Of a stretch of 64,000 nt of DNA, positions 61,675 to 64,000 are shown piece by piece. Each line of letters begins with the position of its first letter. Position 1 is the stretch's first letter. Under the pieces are notes generated by a model. That model was not told the DNA's origin and did no database searches. It worked only from the letters and a program-made list of their open reading frames with translations. The stretch comes from Octopus sinensis (taxonomy: Eukaryota), in the NCBI RefSeq assembly GCF_006345805.1, contig NC_043004.1:310001-374000 (forward strand). Reading direction: 5' to 3'. The translations under genes and the position numbers were made by a program.

Positions 61675-63034
61675 GGCAGGCTTCTTTCAGTTTCATCAAC
61701 CAGATTCAATCATAAAACTTTTGGTTGACCCAGGGTTATGAGAGGCAATTGCCCAAGATGCCATGCAAGTGACTGCATCCAGAACCATGTGGTTGGGAAC
61801 CAAGCATCTCACCACACAGCACATCTATTTTCTCATGCATGTGTTGCATTCTTGAGCTACAAAAATCTGTAAACCAGGCAATGCTAATGTCTGGCTCTTG
61901 TCTTCTTTGGACGCACAGACAGAACATGACCACATCAACATTTGGTCATTAACTCTTTGCTGATTGGCTGGTTGCAAAGACACTATTGGTTTGTAAACTA
62001 TTTATGGTATGACATCAGATTTGTTCTCATAATCATTCAACATCCATTTCCCATGCTGACATGGGTCGGATGGCTTAACCGGAGCTGGTGAGCCAGGGAA
62101 ATCCACTCTCAAGTCTTTGGTCAGTTTGTGGCAACATAAGAGGAAACACTTGCTCAAAGTGCCATGCAGTGGAACTGAACCCAAGACCACACAGCTGTGT
62201 CTTTCTACACATTAGGCAAAAAAGGTAAATGAGTCCTCGTTCAGTTTCAATGATGTGTATTTCAGTTATTCAAACAATGAAATTACCTACTCATTGACTC
62301 ATAGTGTATGTGGCTGAGTACACCACAGCTACACATAACCTTCACTTAATTCTCAGACTGTGCAAGAAAAAGCAGACATTTTGAATTACAAACACAGTTC
62401 ATCTGATAAGCTTCCATTAAAAAAACACCACACACATGCATGCATCCATCAATAATGGATAGAACAGATAAAGATCCTTCCCAAGTCATACAGATTCAAT
62501 GGAGCATATATTTTCCTCTCCAAGAGGATGCTGCCAGTCCTGTTGAAGGGGAAAATATATGTGCCATGGGGAAAATGTGCCACATGTGTCACAGAATTAC
62601 TCACTTTCTCCAACTGAGTGGACTGGAGCTACATGAAATGAAGTGTCTTGCTCAAGAACACAACACATCACCAGCACTAGGAATCAAAACCACAATCTTA
62701 GGATCATGAGCCCCAAACCCTAACTGCTAAGCCAAATGTACCTCACACACCAACGTGCATGCACATACTCAGACATTTCTTTATCTAGCTGACCTATATG
62801 CAAGAGATTAAGGGATCACATCAAACTGCTACTAATTTTAAAGTCTACTGCTTCTTGTATCATCTCCACTTGTTCCTGTTGTCAACCCTCACCAGTTTCC
62901 AAGCAAGGAAGTATTTTCCCGTGGCCGGACATGTTTTTGTAGAATACTGGAAATGAATGATATTCATTTAAAACAATCAAACAATGTCAAGACAAGGATG
63001 GACACACACACATTCTTTTCAGAGTCTTTTCTTT

Positions 63035-63400
63035 ACTTTTACTTGTTTCAGTCATTTGACTGCGGCCATGCTGGAGCACGGCCTTTAGTCAAACAAATTG
63101 ACCCCAGGACTTATTCTTTGTAAAACCTAGTACTTATTTTATCAGGCTCTTTTGATGAACCACTAAGTTACAGGGACATAAACACACTAACATCAGTTGT
63201 CAAGAGATGATGGGGGTGGTAAACACACACACACATATATATATGACAGGCTTCTTTTAGTTTCCGTCTGCCAAATCCACTCACAAGGTTTTGGAAGGCC
63301 CAAGGCTATAGTAGAAAATACTTGCCCGAGGTGCCATGCAGTGGGACTGAACCTGGAACCATGTGGTTGGGAAGCAAGTTTCTTACCATTCAGCCATGCC
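63035..63400 (-). mobile_element. SINE family A, near full length
   Basis: ttttacttgtttcagtcatttgactgcggccatgctggagcac 3' end through to the head near 63400. Confidence 0.85.
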
Positions 63401-63574
63401 TGCATCTATATTTACTTTATACACAACAGGCTTCAATCAGTTTCCATCTACCAAATTCGAAATCGTTCACAAGGCTTTGATCAGCCTAGGGCTACAGGAG
63501 AAGACACTTGCTGAAGGTATCACACAGTGGGACTGAACTTGAAACCATGTGGTTGGGAGGCAAGCTTCTCAATA

Positions 63575-64000
63575 CACATACACACACACATCATAGAATC
63601 ACATATACAACATAGAATTACACACACACCTCACAGAATCACACACACACACATTATAGAATCACACACACACATAGAATCACATACACATCATAAAATC
63701 ACACACACGTCACAGAATCACACAGACACACACATGTCACAGAATCACACACATACACACATCATAGAATCACACACACACAATCATAGAATCACACACA
63801 CACAATCACAATCACACACACATAAAATCACACACACATCATAGAATCACACACACATCATAGAATCACATACACACATAAAATCACATACACACACAAT
63901 CATAGAATCACACACACACACATCATAGAGTCACACACACATCATAGAATCACACACACACGTCTCAGAATCACACAGAAACACACACACACATCATAGA
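63575..64000. repeat. Minisatellite of ATCATAGAATC plus variable (AC)n, running off the window end
   Basis: Directly visible. Confidence 0.9.

Overview
AT-rich, microsatellite-saturated animal genomic DNA. The SINE/LINE landscape looks like an Octopus (coleoid cephalopod) genome; this is inferred from repeat style, not a database match. The only host gene I can support is HTATSF1 (Tat-SF1/CUS2, U2 snRNP UHM splicing factor) on the minus strand. Its last two coding exons are 54070-53981 (90 bp) and 42251-41961 (stop), separated by an 11.7-kb intron; upstream exons were not found in the window. That intron holds a 5'-truncated but stop-free RTE LINE (42453-46155, antisense to the gene, with a C4HC3 PHD-type finger and a modular tandem 3' UTR), an older copy of the same family, a 303-bp-arm foldback and several TIR elements. 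Elsewhere are a near-intact CR1-group LINE ORF2 (30235-33280, one frameshift), remnants of RTE, R4-type, Penelope-like, Helitron and Tc1/mariner elements, several MITEs and many tRNA-derived SINEs (labelled A, B and E here). Most interesting: covarying 3' stem-loops linking SINEs to candidate partner LINEs, recurrent minimal hammerhead-like motifs with family-specific core variants, a recurrent SINE-SINE junction, and dense dsRNA-forming structure in the HTATSF1 intron. I found no evidence of a wholly new multi-gene system. Most ORF-track entries are microsatellite artefacts.
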